Shown: piece by piece, positions 12,253 through 22,041 of the stretch
Layout: each line of letters starts with the position of its first letter
Numbering within the stretch: position 1 is the stretch's first letter
Source: Candidatus Fermentibacteraceae bacterium
Lineage (GTDB): Bacteria > Fermentibacterota > Fermentibacteria > Fermentibacterales > JCC-6
DNA length: 64,000 nucleotides
NCBI GenBank assembly: GCA_041750285.1
Contig: JBGSZS010000019.1
Span: forward strand, 147,590-211,589
Direction of reading: 5' to 3'
Position numbers and translations under genes: made by a program
Notes under the pieces: model-generated
What the model saw: only the letters and a program-made list of their open reading frames with translations
What the model was told of the DNA's origin: nothing
Database searches by the model: none

Positions 12253-13374
12253 ATGGGAAAAATTCTCTGCCTTCTCGGCATGGCCTTCATTGTGGGCGTT
12301 TCGTACGGCGAAAGCAACTGCCGTTACTTCTGGGTTTCCCGCGACGCGCTGGCTCACCCCGACTCCGTCGACAGGCTACTGCAAAGGGCCGAGGCAGCGG
12401 GAGCGAACGGGCTTCTCGTGCAGGTAGTGGGAAGGGGCGAGGCCTATTACCGGTCGGACATCCTTCCCCGTGCGTCCTATTCAGGTTACGACGACCCTCT
12501 GGCCTACATCATAGCCCGGGCCAAACCCAGGGGGATGGAAGTGCACGCCTGGATCAACGCCTTTCTGGTGTGGTCCTCGCCCGTCGCGCCCTCCGACTCG
12601 GGTCACGTCTGGCACACCCATCCCGAGTGGTTCATGAGCCATGTCTCGGGAAGATCGACCCGTGACTTCAACGGAAGCGAGGCAGAGGCCGCCGGCATCG
12701 TCGGGGCAACCCTTTCCCCCGCTTTGCCCGGTGTGAGGGCGTTCATCGCCTCCATCGCACTCGAGATAGCCCTGAACTATCAGGTCGAGGGCATTCACCT
12801 CGATTACATAAGGTATCCGAACACTTCCTTCGGCTACGAACCGGTTGCCGTGTCGATGTTCTTCAATGAAACGGGCTTCCTGCCCGCCCAGTCTCCGGAC
12901 CTGTGGGCGGCATGGAGGGCCGACCAGGTGACCATGACCGTCGAAACGGTGAGGTTCCGCCTGAATTCCGCGGCGCCCTCGACCCTGCTTTCGTGCGCGG
13001 TCATGGCAGATCCCGTCACGGCGTCATCCGAGTTCGCAAGCCCCTGGCGGGACTGGCTGGCTGGCGGCCTTGTTGATTTCGTGTGCCCGATGGCCTACAC
13101 CAATGACAGCGGCAGGGCTCTCGAGCTTTCAAGGTCCACAACTGCCGCGCACTCCTCCGATGTGGTCTACGGGATAGGGGTTTTCAACCAGGGTGTTCCC
13201 GGGGCTCTCACGGGCGCCTCCGAGGCCCTGGCCAGGGGTGCGGGGGGGGTCTGCGTCTACAGCCTCAACTCCCTTCCGTCCGGGGGGGAAGACGTCCTGC
13301 GGGAGTTCTGGGGAACCGGTTCACCGGTGCACGAGTACGGGCCGCACCTGTTTCACATGGTCGTGGCGCCTTGA
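12253..13374 (+). CDS. Glycoside hydrolase-like 10 (GHL10/DUF187, YddW-like) exported protein
   Basis: Signal-peptide-like N-terminus; VQVVGRGEAYYRS, DPLAY, GMEVHAWIN, HPEW, GIHLDYIRYP, W.....VDFVCPMAY. Confidence 0.85.
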   Translation: MGKILCLLGMAFIVGVSYGESNCRYFWVSRDALAHPDSVDRLLQRAEAAGANGLLVQVVGRGEAYYRSDILPRASYSGYDDPLAYIIARAKPRGMEVHAWINAFLVWSSPVAPSDSGHVWHTHPEWFMSHVSGRSTRDFNGSEAEAAGIVGATLSPALPGVRAFIASIALEIALNYQVEGIHLDYIRYPNTSFGYEPVAVSMFFNETGFLPAQSPDLWAAWRADQVTMTVETVRFRLNSAAPSTLLSCAVMADPVTASSEFASPWRDWLAGGLVDFVCPMAYTNDSGRALELSRSTTAAHSSDVVYGIGVFNQGVPGALTGASEALARGAGGVCVYSLNSLPSGGEDVLREFWGTGSPVHEYGPHLFHMVVAP

Positions 13375-14153
13375 ACATTGGTGTGCTTTCCTCGGGATCG
13401 AGCGGCAATGCGCTCCTCGTGGAACACGAGGGACGGTCCATCTTCTTCGACGCCGGCCTCAGCGGTTGTGAACACCTGAAGCGCATGCAGCAGGCCGGGT
13501 TCGGAGCCCTCTGCCCCCTGGGTCTTTTTGTGAGCCACGAACACGGCGACCATTCCCGCGGTGCGGGAGTGCTTGCACGGAAGTGGAGGGTACCGGTCTT
13601 CTCCACGAAGGGAACGTTCTTCGGTTCGGGCTTCAACCGTCAAAAGCTGCCCGCGGGAGCCGAGAGGTTTGAAAACGGTGACACGATAGACCTTGGCCCC
13701 TTCAGGGTGGCGACGTTCCGGGTTTCCCACGACGCCTCGGACCCCACGGGTTTCGTTGTGGAAGCGGGTGGCGTACGGATCGGAATCGCAACGGACATGG
13801 GCGAGGCAGGGCCGCTCGTGCTTGCCATGCTTTCCTGCTGCGACGGGCTTGTCCTCGAGTTCAACCACGACCTTGAAATGCTGTGGGACGGGCCGTATCC
13901 ATGGCCCCTGAAACAACGTATTTCGTCGGGTCTCGGCCACCTCAGCAACGATGACGCCGCAGCGCTGCTTGGAAGGATCGCGCACGGTGGCCTCAAGGTA
14001 TGCGTCCTGGCCCATCTGAGCCAGGAGAACAACACACCCGAACTCGCGCTCGAAAGCGCCAGACGGGTAACCGGTGACAGGTTCGCTTTGGTCGCGGGCA
14101 GCAGGCATCACGCTCTGCCCATGATACAGGTAGTGCAGGAGGTGTTTGTTTGA
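13371..14153 (+). CDS. MBL-fold metallohydrolase (YycJ/WalJ-like)
   Basis: SSGSSGNA, HEHGDH, VSHDASDP, ATDMG, LEFNHD, GHLSN, LAHLSQENN. Confidence 0.9.
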   Translation: MNIGVLSSGSSGNALLVEHEGRSIFFDAGLSGCEHLKRMQQAGFGALCPLGLFVSHEHGDHSRGAGVLARKWRVPVFSTKGTFFGSGFNRQKLPAGAERFENGDTIDLGPFRVATFRVSHDASDPTGFVVEAGGVRIGIATDMGEAGPLVLAMLSCCDGLVLEFNHDLEMLWDGPYPWPLKQRISSGLGHLSNDDAAALLGRIAHGGLKVCVLAHLSQENNTPELALESARRVTGDRFALVAGSRHHALPMIQVVQEVFV

Positions 14154-14677
14154 AGCATGCAATCCTCGCCGCCGTGCTGTTTGCGCTGGCGGCTTCCGCG
14201 GGAACCGCTGACCTGTGCGCCGAGGTCGGCACGGGGTTCGCAATGGGAGGCTGGGGCGAAAGCTTCGGCCCGGGTTTCAACCTGGGTCTGGGTGCCGACT
14301 GGAGGCTGACCTCCAAACTCAGGACAGGCGCCGGGATCGATATCTCCTCCTTCTCCCACAGCCATAACGGAGACGCAACGCTTTTCATGCTGAGGCCATC
14401 CATCCGCACGGCCTTCTATTTCAACCCCCGCAGCCCGTCGTTCAACCCCGGCGTGGCTGCGGCATTCGGGATGTGCAGAACGGAGCTGGAGTCGGGCGGA
14501 GGGGCCGACGCCCCAACCTGGGACCCGTTCTGGAGGGCGGGAATAAGGTGGGACCTCAGCCTTGGCAGACCATGGCGCGCCAACCTCGGACTGGACCTTG
14601 AAAGCGTGATGGCCGCCGAGAAAACGGGAGACACGTTCAGGCTTTCGATAGCCGTTTCCAGGGAGGTGGAGCTGTGA
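14150..14677 (+). CDS. Small outer-membrane beta-barrel-like protein
   Basis: Signal peptide (…AASA); alternating amphipathic strands (GFNLGLGADWRL, FWRAGIRWD). Confidence 0.6.
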   Translation: MKHAILAAVLFALAASAGTADLCAEVGTGFAMGGWGESFGPGFNLGLGADWRLTSKLRTGAGIDISSFSHSHNGDATLFMLRPSIRTAFYFNPRSPSFNPGVAAAFGMCRTELESGGGADAPTWDPFWRAGIRWDLSLGRPWRANLGLDLESVMAAEKTGDTFRLSIAVSREVEL

Positions 14678-15321
14678 GAAGGCTTGCTCTGACGGCTGCC
14701 GGCCTTGCGCTCCTGCTCGCGGGGTGCGGGAGCAATCCGCTCTATTTCAGGCTCAGTGCCGACTACTACCCTGTTTCCATTACGGGCAGCATCTGGGAGT
14801 ATTCGGTTGAAGGCGGCGGCACGCGGATAGTATCGGTCGTCGACCAGGTCATTGTGGACCAGCGACCCTGCTACAGACTGCAGTCCGGCGCCGGGTACGA
14901 CTACTGGATAAACGAGGACGGCCGTCTGGAACACTATGAAGACCGCACGGTCCTTTTCAACGGCTACGAAGTGCCGGTGTACCAGGCCTGGGTGACCTAC
15001 CTCGAATGGCCGCTTGCCGACGGGATGACAAGACGGGATTCAGCGTCGGCCCAGGCCGTCAGCCAGGGCATCACCCTCAGCCACACCTGGACCCGGAACA
15101 CCCTTGTGACAGGCCCCGAATCATCCCCTGACGGTACATGGGCCAACTGCTACAGGGTCCATCAGGAGGAGACGGTCATAAACTGGGTGCAGACCGCCGG
15201 GTACGATCCCGACACAATCAGCTCCATCCGTGACATCTGGCTGGCGCCGGACGTGGGAATGGTTGCCAAGGTGACACCGGACAGCACCCTCATCCTTACG
15301 GCCTACACACCGGGGCAGTAG
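14674..15321 (+). CDS. Hypothetical lipoprotein
   Basis: Lipobox LLAG-C; YYPVSITGSIWEY and C-terminal IWLAPDVGMVA motif; translationally coupled (GTGA). Confidence 0.75.
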   Translation: MRRLALTAAGLALLLAGCGSNPLYFRLSADYYPVSITGSIWEYSVEGGGTRIVSVVDQVIVDQRPCYRLQSGAGYDYWINEDGRLEHYEDRTVLFNGYEVPVYQAWVTYLEWPLADGMTRRDSASAQAVSQGITLSHTWTRNTLVTGPESSPDGTWANCYRVHQEETVINWVQTAGYDPDTISSIRDIWLAPDVGMVAKVTPDSTLILTAYTPGQ

Positions 15322-15322
15322 C

Positions 15323-16645
15323 TTGAACCAGGGAGCGCTCTTCTCGCTTTTCTTCGGTCTTGTCTACTGCTACATCGCGCTGGCGCACAGGCACCGCGGT
15401 GTTGTCGTCTGGATCGGGGCCGCCCTGGCCGTTCTTGTCAGCACCAGGCTCGGCCACTCCGTTAACATCTCCGAACTCATGGCCGGCATTAACTGGAACG
15501 TCCTGCTGATCTTCGGCGGCATCCTCTTCATAGCCGAGGTGATGATCGACGTGGGCATCCCCGCCAACCTTGCCGGGCGGATCATAAACGGAAGCAGGAA
15601 CTACGGCTGGGCCGCCGTTCTGATCTGCGCCCTGGCCAGCGTGCTCAGCATCTTCGTGGAGAATGTCGCCACGGTCATGATTGTTGCCCCCATTGCGTTC
15701 GAGGTCTGCAAGAAACATGGTGCCAACCCCGTTCCGCTCCTTGTGGGCATAGCCATCTCCAGCAATCTTCAGGGAACCGCCACGCTGGTGGGCGACCCGC
15801 CAAGCATGATCCTTGCCGCCAGCGAGAACATGGGCTTCAACGACTTTTTCTTCATGCTCGGCAAGCCGGGAATCTTCTTCGCCGTGCAGGCCGGTGCGCT
15901 GGCATCCTTCGGCATCCTGTGGAAGCACCTGGGCAGGAACAGGGATGCCGTACCCAGGGTCAGGGTGACCCCCGTGGTAAGCTGGATACCCGTCTACATC
16001 CTTGCAACCGTCATCGCCGGGCTTGCAGTCCTCAGCCTTTACGAAAGCGGGGTCGGGGCAGCGGCCGGTCTTCTCTGCGCCGGGGGCGGAGCACTGTCGG
16101 TGGCATGGTACGGCATCTACAGAAGGGGAAGGTCCACTTCCGGTGCGATGGAGAGAACACCATGGAAGCTGATGAAGGCTTTCGACCTCGACACCCTCTT
16201 CCTTCTCGGGGGAATCTTCTTCATGGTGGCGGCGCTTGACGAGTACGGGGTCATGGATGCCACGGGAGCCTATCTGGCGGGAGTGGCCGGGGAAAGCCCC
16301 GTCATGGCCTACCTTATGATCGTTGCGGGCAGCATGCTGATCAGCGCCTTTGTGGACAACGTTCCCTTCGTGACGGCCATGATCCCCGTCACGAGGGCTC
16401 TGGCCGTGAACATGGCAGGCTCCGGGGGCACCCATCACTACCTGGTCTTCGGGCTTCTCATCGGGAGCTGCCTTGGCGGCAACATCTCCCCGGTTGGCGC
16501 CAGCGCAAACATCGTCGCCGTGTCTCTCCTCAGGAAGCAGGGGCACAAGGTCTCGTTCTGGGATTTCACAAGGATAGGCCTGCCGTTCACACTGGCAGCG
16601 ACCGCTGCGGGAGCGTTTTTCATATGGATGTTCTGGCACCCCTGA
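15323..16645 (+). CDS. ArsB/NhaD/SLC13-family (IT superfamily) anion or carboxylate permease
   Basis: About 12 TM helices; SIFVENVATV, SNLQGTATLVGDPPSMIL, SAFVDNVPFV, GGNISPVGASANIV. Confidence 0.9.
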   Translation: MNQGALFSLFFGLVYCYIALAHRHRGVVVWIGAALAVLVSTRLGHSVNISELMAGINWNVLLIFGGILFIAEVMIDVGIPANLAGRIINGSRNYGWAAVLICALASVLSIFVENVATVMIVAPIAFEVCKKHGANPVPLLVGIAISSNLQGTATLVGDPPSMILAASENMGFNDFFFMLGKPGIFFAVQAGALASFGILWKHLGRNRDAVPRVRVTPVVSWIPVYILATVIAGLAVLSLYESGVGAAAGLLCAGGGALSVAWYGIYRRGRSTSGAMERTPWKLMKAFDLDTLFLLGGIFFMVAALDEYGVMDATGAYLAGVAGESPVMAYLMIVAGSMLISAFVDNVPFVTAMIPVTRALAVNMAGSGGTHHYLVFGLLIGSCLGGNISPVGASANIVAVSLLRKQGHKVSFWDFTRIGLPFTLAATAAGAFFIWMFWHP

Positions 16646-17634
16646 GCTTTTCCTGGCCGGGCGAGACACTGGTCACGAGGGTCAGACCCGTATCCGCGCC
16701 GGAAGAGGTCGACTCCCGGGCGGCCATTCTTGTGATCGATTCACGGGTGGAGACCCTCTGGGGCGCAAGACTCCTCTGGAATACCCCCAGGGTAGTGATC
16801 CACGGCGGAGAGGAGTGCAAGACCCCCCAGAACCTGCAGAAACTCTGGAAAGCCTTTTCGGAAGAGGGTATAAACAGGGAGAGCACGGTCTGCGTCGCGG
16901 GAGGCGGTGCGGTGTGCGATCTGGGCGCCATGGCCGCCTCGACCTGGATGCGGGGGGTGCGGCTTGAGTTTGTTCCAACGACCCTTCTCTGCATGGTGGA
17001 TGCGTGCCTGGGCGGGAAGACCGCCCTGAACGCCCACGGCGCGAAGAACCAGGTCGGCACCTTTCACCCGGCGGAAGACATCGTTGTCTGCACCGCCTTT
17101 CTTTCCACCCTTCCCGAACGGGAACTCCTGGCCGGCTTTTCCGAGGCCGTGAAAACGGCGGTGATAGGCGACCCCGGCATACCAGACTGCCTGAGGAGCC
17201 GCGATTTCGACGGCGCTGTCTTCCGCTGTCTCTCCGTGAAGGGGGGCATCGTTCTCAGGGATCCCCACGACAGGGGGATCCGAAGGATCCTGAACCTCGG
17301 ACACACGCTCGGACATGCGCTCGAGATGCTTCTGCCCCTTTCCCACGGCGAAGCGGTGGCTCTGGGCATGCCCGCAGCGGCCAGGATGGGCGGAAGCGAA
17401 GCATTCGCACGGGAGATCGCAGGTGTTCTCGCCTCATTCGGTCTGCCGGTTGTGCTGCCACGGCCGGTCTCTTCGGAGGAGGTCCTCTCCCTCATCCGCC
17501 GGGACAAGAAGACAGGATGCGCGGGAAGAACCTGGGCAGTGCCGCGGGCATGGGGCGACTGCAGCCTTGTGTCCATTCCCCCTGAACGGGAGGAAGCGCT
17601 TCTCGAAGGGGCGCTGCGGGTGATCCGGCCGTGA
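16624..17634 (+). CDS. aroB: 3-dehydroquinate synthase
   Basis: GEECK, GGGAVCDLG, PTTLLCMVDACLGGKTALN, KNQVGTFH, LNLGHTLGHALE, HGEAVALGM. Confidence 0.9.
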   Translation: MDVLAPLSFSWPGETLVTRVRPVSAPEEVDSRAAILVIDSRVETLWGARLLWNTPRVVIHGGEECKTPQNLQKLWKAFSEEGINRESTVCVAGGGAVCDLGAMAASTWMRGVRLEFVPTTLLCMVDACLGGKTALNAHGAKNQVGTFHPAEDIVVCTAFLSTLPERELLAGFSEAVKTAVIGDPGIPDCLRSRDFDGAVFRCLSVKGGIVLRDPHDRGIRRILNLGHTLGHALEMLLPLSHGEAVALGMPAAARMGGSEAFAREIAGVLASFGLPVVLPRPVSSEEVLSLIRRDKKTGCAGRTWAVPRAWGDCSLVSIPPEREEALLEGALRVIRP

Positions 17635-18344
17635 AGGCAGCGAAGAAGGCGTCTTTCTGGGAACATCTCGAAGAGCTGAGAAGGCGGATCTTCATCATGC
17701 TGTCAGCCCTTGTGTTAACAACGGTGGTCGCTTTCACGTTCTCCGGACCGATAATGCGCATTGCCACCTCACCCGCGGGGGGGACGCTTCTGGCCCTCTC
17801 CCCCGCCGAGGCCGTGACCGCAAGCCTCAGGATCTCGCTGGTGGCGGGAGCGATCGCAGCGGCCCCGGTGGTCTTCATTCAGATCTGGGCTTTCATAGCG
17901 CCGGGGCTTTACAGGAACGAAAAAAGGGCGTTCCTGACGGTTGTGGTGTCCTGTCTGCTTCTGTTCGCCGCGGGTGCCTCATTCGGATGGTTCGTCATGC
18001 TCAAACCAACCCTGATGCTCTTCAGAAGCTTTGAAACCGGCGTGATAGAAGGAACCTGGAGCGTCAGCGGCTACACGGGCTTTCTGGGAACTTTCATCCT
18101 GGTTTTCGGCGTGGCCTTTCAGCTTCCCCTTGCCATAATGATCCTGACCAGACTGGGGATCGTTTCGCCCGCAACCCTGGGGAAGTTCAGGAGGCACGCC
18201 ATAGTGGCGATCCTTATCATCGCCGCCATCCTCACACCACCCGACCCGGTCACCCAGGTCATCCTTGCCGTTCCACTGTACGTTCTGTTTGAGCTGAGCC
18301 TTCTGCTCGCCAGGCTGGCCGCGGGAAGAAAGTCCTTACCCTGA
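17631..18344 (+). CDS. tatC: Twin-arginine translocase subunit TatC
   Basis: EHLEELRRR, WAFIAPGLYRNEK, FGVAFQLP, AAILTPPDPVTQ, LFELS. Confidence 0.95.
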   Translation: MKAAKKASFWEHLEELRRRIFIMLSALVLTTVVAFTFSGPIMRIATSPAGGTLLALSPAEAVTASLRISLVAGAIAAAPVVFIQIWAFIAPGLYRNEKRAFLTVVVSCLLLFAAGASFGWFVMLKPTLMLFRSFETGVIEGTWSVSGYTGFLGTFILVFGVAFQLPLAIMILTRLGIVSPATLGKFRRHAIVAILIIAAILTPPDPVTQVILAVPLYVLFELSLLLARLAAGRKSLP

Positions 18345-19211
18345 CCTTTCGGCGCCTGTCTTTCCGAGCCAGTAGCGGGCCGTTGCTTCAAGGGACACTG
18401 TCAGCGGTACTTCCGGGCTGAAGCCCAGGTGCTCCCTTGCCCTTCCGGTGTCGGCCCTGATCCAGGGAACGCCTGCGGGGCCGTCAAGGGTGATGACTTT
18501 CGGGGAGATGCCCATGGCTCCCGCAAGGATGTCGAGAATCTGGGCGCCCGTATGGCAGACGCCCGAACCCACGTTGATTACGGAAGGGGGGTCATGCGCC
18601 AGGGCTGCGGCCAGGAATGCGCGGGCGGCATCGTCTGCGTCAAGATAATCCCGTCCCGCATGCAGGGGGCCTGTGACAAGGGGTTCGGGCTCGATTCCCA
18701 GGGCTATCCCGGCAAGCTTTCTGGCTAGATCGGGAACCAGCATTCCTGGGAGCTGCCCCGGACCGGTAACGTTGAAGAGGCGCAGTACGACACCGCCTGA
18801 AAGTGCCCGTTCCCGGGAGAGCATGCTGCTGCCGTAGGCCGAAACGGGTGAGGTCGGGTGTTCTTCGTCGACTGTGCCGTCGGTGGTGCGGGGTGCCCCG
18901 TAGACGGCACAGGAGGATGCCAGTACGAATCTTCGCGTATCGGCCGCCCTGATGAGGTTTGCGGTTCCCTGCACGTTAACGCGCATGAGTTCGCCGGGGG
19001 ATGCCGAGGCCAACCCCGCCAGGTGTATCACGGCATCGAAGTGAAGCCCTGAAAGCGCCTTCAGAAGGGCCTTGCCGTCGGTCATATCGCAGGGGATGTG
19101 TCTTCCCGGAAGATGCTTCACGTCCAGGGTTGTGATATCGTGTTCCGGTGCGGCCTTTCGGAGCACCGCGCCGCCAAGGAACCCGGCAGCCCCAGTGACG
19201 AGGATGTTCAA
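18336..19211 (-). CDS. NAD-dependent epimerase/dehydratase (extended SDR, Rmd-like)
   Basis: ILVTGAAGFLG, IHLAG, SSCAVYG, LRLFNVTGPGQ, RDYLD. The YxxxK position reads YGSSM. Confidence 0.85.
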   Translation of the reverse strand: MNILVTGAAGFLGGAVLRKAAPEHDITTLDVKHLPGRHIPCDMTDGKALLKALSGLHFDAVIHLAGLASASPGELMRVNVQGTANLIRAADTRRFVLASSCAVYGAPRTTDGTVDEEHPTSPVSAYGSSMLSRERALSGGVVLRLFNVTGPGQLPGMLVPDLARKLAGIALGIEPEPLVTGPLHAGRDYLDADDAARAFLAAALAHDPPSVINVGSGVCHTGAQILDILAGAMGISPKVITLDGPAGVPWIRADTGRAREHLGFSPEVPLTVSLEATARYWLGKTGAERSG

Positions 19212-19213
19212 GC

Positions 19214-19930
19214 TCAGTCCCCCGGCATGTAGAGGGAAGCGTTCTCCTCGAACTCAGCCTGAGCCGCGGCGTAGTCTTCGGGGTTGCCGATGTCCAGCCA
19301 GCGGCAGTCCGGGGTTTCGCAACGGACGGTTTCCCCCCTGGCGAGCAGGGCGGTGACAAGTTCGGGAAAGTCCATGTGGACATTCCGCGGTATGTGTTCG
19401 AGGACCCGTCTGGACACACCGTAGATGCCCATGCTGACGTCGAAGGTGTACGAGGGTTTCTCGTTGTAGCCCGTGACCCTGTCGCCCTCGCGGGAAAGAA
19501 CGCCGAGGTTCAGGCAGACCTTCCGGGTGTGGGCCGCCACGGAAAGGGCACACCCGCTGTCGACATGGTTCCTGAAGAAACCCGAGAAGTCCATGGTGGT
19601 GAAAAGGTCACCATTGAGTACAAGGGCGTTCCCGGGGAAATCATCTATCAGGCTCAGGGGTGCTGCGGTTCCCAAAGGTTCTTCCTCCCTGATCCAGCAG
19701 AACTCCATGCCAACGCGCGTCAGGGGGTGCCCGTGAAAGTACGCCCTGAGGAGTTCGGACAGGTGCCCGGTCGCGAAGATCAGACGGCGGAAACCTGCGG
19801 CGTGAAGCTGTCTGACCAGTATCTCCACAACGGGAAAATCACCTATGGGGACAAGAGGTTTCGGGAAGAACGCCGTGTAGGGCGCCAGCCGGGTTCCCCT
19901 GCCGCCCGCGAGGATTACGGCAGTGTTCAT
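19214..19930 (-). CDS. Sugar-phosphate nucleotidyltransferase
   Basis: AVILAGGRGTRL..PKPLVPIG, EEEPLGTA, LNGD, EKP, WLDIGNPEDY. Confidence 0.9.
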   Translation of the reverse strand: MNTAVILAGGRGTRLAPYTAFFPKPLVPIGDFPVVEILVRQLHAAGFRRLIFATGHLSELLRAYFHGHPLTRVGMEFCWIREEEPLGTAAPLSLIDDFPGNALVLNGDLFTTMDFSGFFRNHVDSGCALSVAAHTRKVCLNLGVLSREGDRVTGYNEKPSYTFDVSMGIYGVSRRVLEHIPRNVHMDFPELVTALLARGETVRCETPDCRWLDIGNPEDYAAAQAEFEENASLYMPGD

Positions 19931-20907
19931 GTCATGTACCCCCGGAGAGGGTATAGATCGGGATGGTCCCCGATCCACTCCGCGGTGATACGAAGACCCT
20001 CCTCCAGCGAGACCAGGGGTTTCCAGCCCGTGAGCCTCTCCGCAAGGGCCGCCGATGCCGCGAGACGCATGACCTCGCCTCCCCTGGGCCTTTTCCTCTC
20101 CTCGGTGGTGCGCACTTCGATGTCTTCACGGCCGAGAATCCGAAGGATGAGGCCGGCCAGGTCACTGATGGAGATCTCGAAGCCGGTGCCCAGCTGGACC
20201 ACCCTTCCCACGGCTTCAGGGCACTGGGAGAGGGCGACGAAGCCTGAAGCGGTGTCGGTCACGAAAAGGAAATCACGGGTGGTATTGGTGGAACCAAGCT
20301 CGATGCATGTTCCGCCCCGCAGGACCTGGGTGATTATGGTGGGCACGACCGCCCTCTGGGACTGCCCCGGCCCGTAGGTGTTGAACGGGCGGCACACTGT
20401 CACGGGAAGGTCGTAGGCACAGTGGTAGCTGATTGCGAGCTGATCGCCGGCGGTCTTTGATGCGGCGTATGGGGACTGGGCGTGCAGCGCGTGTTCTTCC
20501 GTGATGGGAACGCTTCCCGCTGTTCCGTACACTTCGCTGGTGGAGGTGACCAGGACCCGGGCGCCCGTTTCCCGGGCGGCTTCCAGCACGTTCAGGGTTC
20601 CCCCGACGTTTACCGAGACCACGTCTCCGGGGGACCTGAAGGAGTAGGGGATGCCTATCAGGGCCGCCAGATGGAAGATGGTGTCGCAGCCCTCGGCCGA
20701 CTTCCTTACGGCGTCGGGGTCGCGTATGTCGCCGTAGAAATGGCTGACACCTTCCGAAAGGTGTTTCGGGAGGGTTGAGAGAAGCCCCGGCGAGGAGGTT
20801 GACGTGTAGCGGAGGAAACAGGCCGTCTCCACGCCCCGCTCAAGCAGTTGCCGCACCAGATGGTGCCCTATGAACCCTCCGGCACCGGTGACGAGAGCCT
20901 TTTTCAC
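19927..20907 (-). CDS. NDP-sugar 4,6-dehydratase (LegB/Gmd-like extended SDR)
   Basis: GTG start at 20907; LVTGAGGFIG, FHLAALIGIPYS, TSTSEVYGTA, QSPYAASK, RPFNTYGP, TRDF. Confidence 0.9.
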   Translation of the reverse strand: MKKALVTGAGGFIGHHLVRQLLERGVETACFLRYTSTSSPGLLSTLPKHLSEGVSHFYGDIRDPDAVRKSAEGCDTIFHLAALIGIPYSFRSPGDVVSVNVGGTLNVLEAARETGARVLVTSTSEVYGTAGSVPITEEHALHAQSPYAASKTAGDQLAISYHCAYDLPVTVCRPFNTYGPGQSQRAVVPTIITQVLRGGTCIELGSTNTTRDFLFVTDTASGFVALSQCPEAVGRVVQLGTGFEISISDLAGLILRILGREDIEVRTTEERKRPRGGEVMRLAASAALAERLTGWKPLVSLEEGLRITAEWIGDHPDLYPLRGYMT

Positions 20908-21617
20908 GGGGTGACCCTCCTTTTCCTTCTTAAAAGGTAGACAAGCATCTCCCGGAGGATGTCGAGGATCACGGGCAGCCTGTCGAGGGAAGACATGCCG
21001 TACTGGCGCTGGTTGTACGCAAAACCGATCTCCCTGACGGGAATTCCGGCGCGCTTCAGTTCCGCCAGGAGTTCGGCATCGTAGAAGCAGCCGTTTGCCC
21101 TGAGGTCCAGTCTTTGAAGATGGGTTCGGGGGATTAGCTTCATGGAGAAGTTCACGTCCCTGACCCCCAGCCTGAAGACGAACTGCACCAGGGTGTTGTA
21201 TACCTTGCTGAACAGCTTGCGCTTGAAACTCTCCCTCTCGCCGACCCTGTATCCGACAAGGGCCTCGCGGGGATCGAGCATCGGGACCACCCTGGCGATC
21301 TCCTCCACGTCGAAGGGCTCGTCGCTGTCTATGTAAAGGATGAAGTCCTTCCTGGCGTTGGCGAAACCCAGCCGGATGGCGCTGCCGAGCCCCTCCCTGT
21401 TGATCTGGTGAATGACCCGGACGGAGGGGTTGGAGTCGGCGAGCCTGTCCGCGATATCCCTCGTTAGGTCTGTGCTTCCGCTCTCCACGACAAGTATCTC
21501 GTAATCGCCGAAAGAATCCGAAAGGACCCTGTCCAGGCTCTTTACCGCGTTCTCGGCATTCTTTTCCTCGTTGTACATGGGGAGAACTACGGAAATGGAA
21601 ACAGGGGAGGATGACAC
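20904..21617 (-). CDS. Glycosyltransferase family 2 (DPM1-like)
   Basis: GTG at 21617 with a GGAGGG RBS; SVVLPMYNEE, ESGSTD, GLGSAIRLG, YIDSD. Confidence 0.9.
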   Translation of the reverse strand: MSSSPVSISVVLPMYNEEKNAENAVKSLDRVLSDSFGDYEILVVESGSTDLTRDIADRLADSNPSVRVIHQINREGLGSAIRLGFANARKDFILYIDSDEPFDVEEIARVVPMLDPREALVGYRVGERESFKRKLFSKVYNTLVQFVFRLGVRDVNFSMKLIPRTHLQRLDLRANGCFYDAELLAELKRAGIPVREIGFAYNQRQYGMSSLDRLPVILDILREMLVYLLRRKRRVTP

Positions 21618-21736
21618 CGGGCTGCCCTCCGTGGTTGAAACGTGATGGTCCGTCACGAAAAACACAGGGATATATATACAAAGCCCCGGACGCCCCGCCC
21701 CCCGCGGGGCCAGGACGTTCGATCCCGCAGGCGAGC

Positions 21737-21765
21737 TTGACATGTAAACAAAAGTTCACCATTCT
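21737..21765 (+). promoter_or_regulatory. Sigma70 promoter with a LexA/SOS-box-like palindrome in the spacer
   Basis: TTGACA (21737-21742)-N17-CATTCT. The spacer holds GTAAAC-AAAA-GTTCAC (21744-21759), one mismatch from GAAC-N4-GTTC, directly upstream of the dinB cassette. Confidence 0.65.
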
Positions 21766-21777
21766 TTCGCCGGAAGG

Positions 21778-22041
21778 ATGGTGGAGAGGGTGCAGGAGCT
21801 TGGCGAACCCATAGAGATGATTGGCCATTTCGCCGGGGGCAGGGTGTCTCCCTGCAGGTTCCGCTGGAAGGGCCGGGTGTACCGGGTCGCAAGGGTCTCA
21901 TCCACCTGGGAGAGCCGTCGCGGCGGCATAATGAACCATCATTTCGTGGTCCGCACCTCCGCCGGCGACGTCTACGAGATAAGTTTCAACACCCACACCC
22001 TGGGCTGGACCGTCGACTATGCATACTCCCCCGGCGCCTGA
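21778..22041 (+). CDS. Small DUF6504-like protein (type found beside mutagenic polymerases)
   Basis: P.RFRWKGRVYRV..V...W pattern and YEISF...W; adjacent to dinB. Alternative GTG start at 21790. Confidence 0.7.
   Translation: MVERVQELGEPIEMIGHFAGGRVSPCRFRWKGRVYRVARVSSTWESRRGGIMNHHFVVRTSAGDVYEISFNTHTLGWTVDYAYSPGA

Noticed and set aside
19927..21828. 633-aa minus-strand ORF
   Set aside because: Only the last ~326 aa (from GTG 20907) are the dehydratase; the rest is an alternative frame over the GT2 gene.
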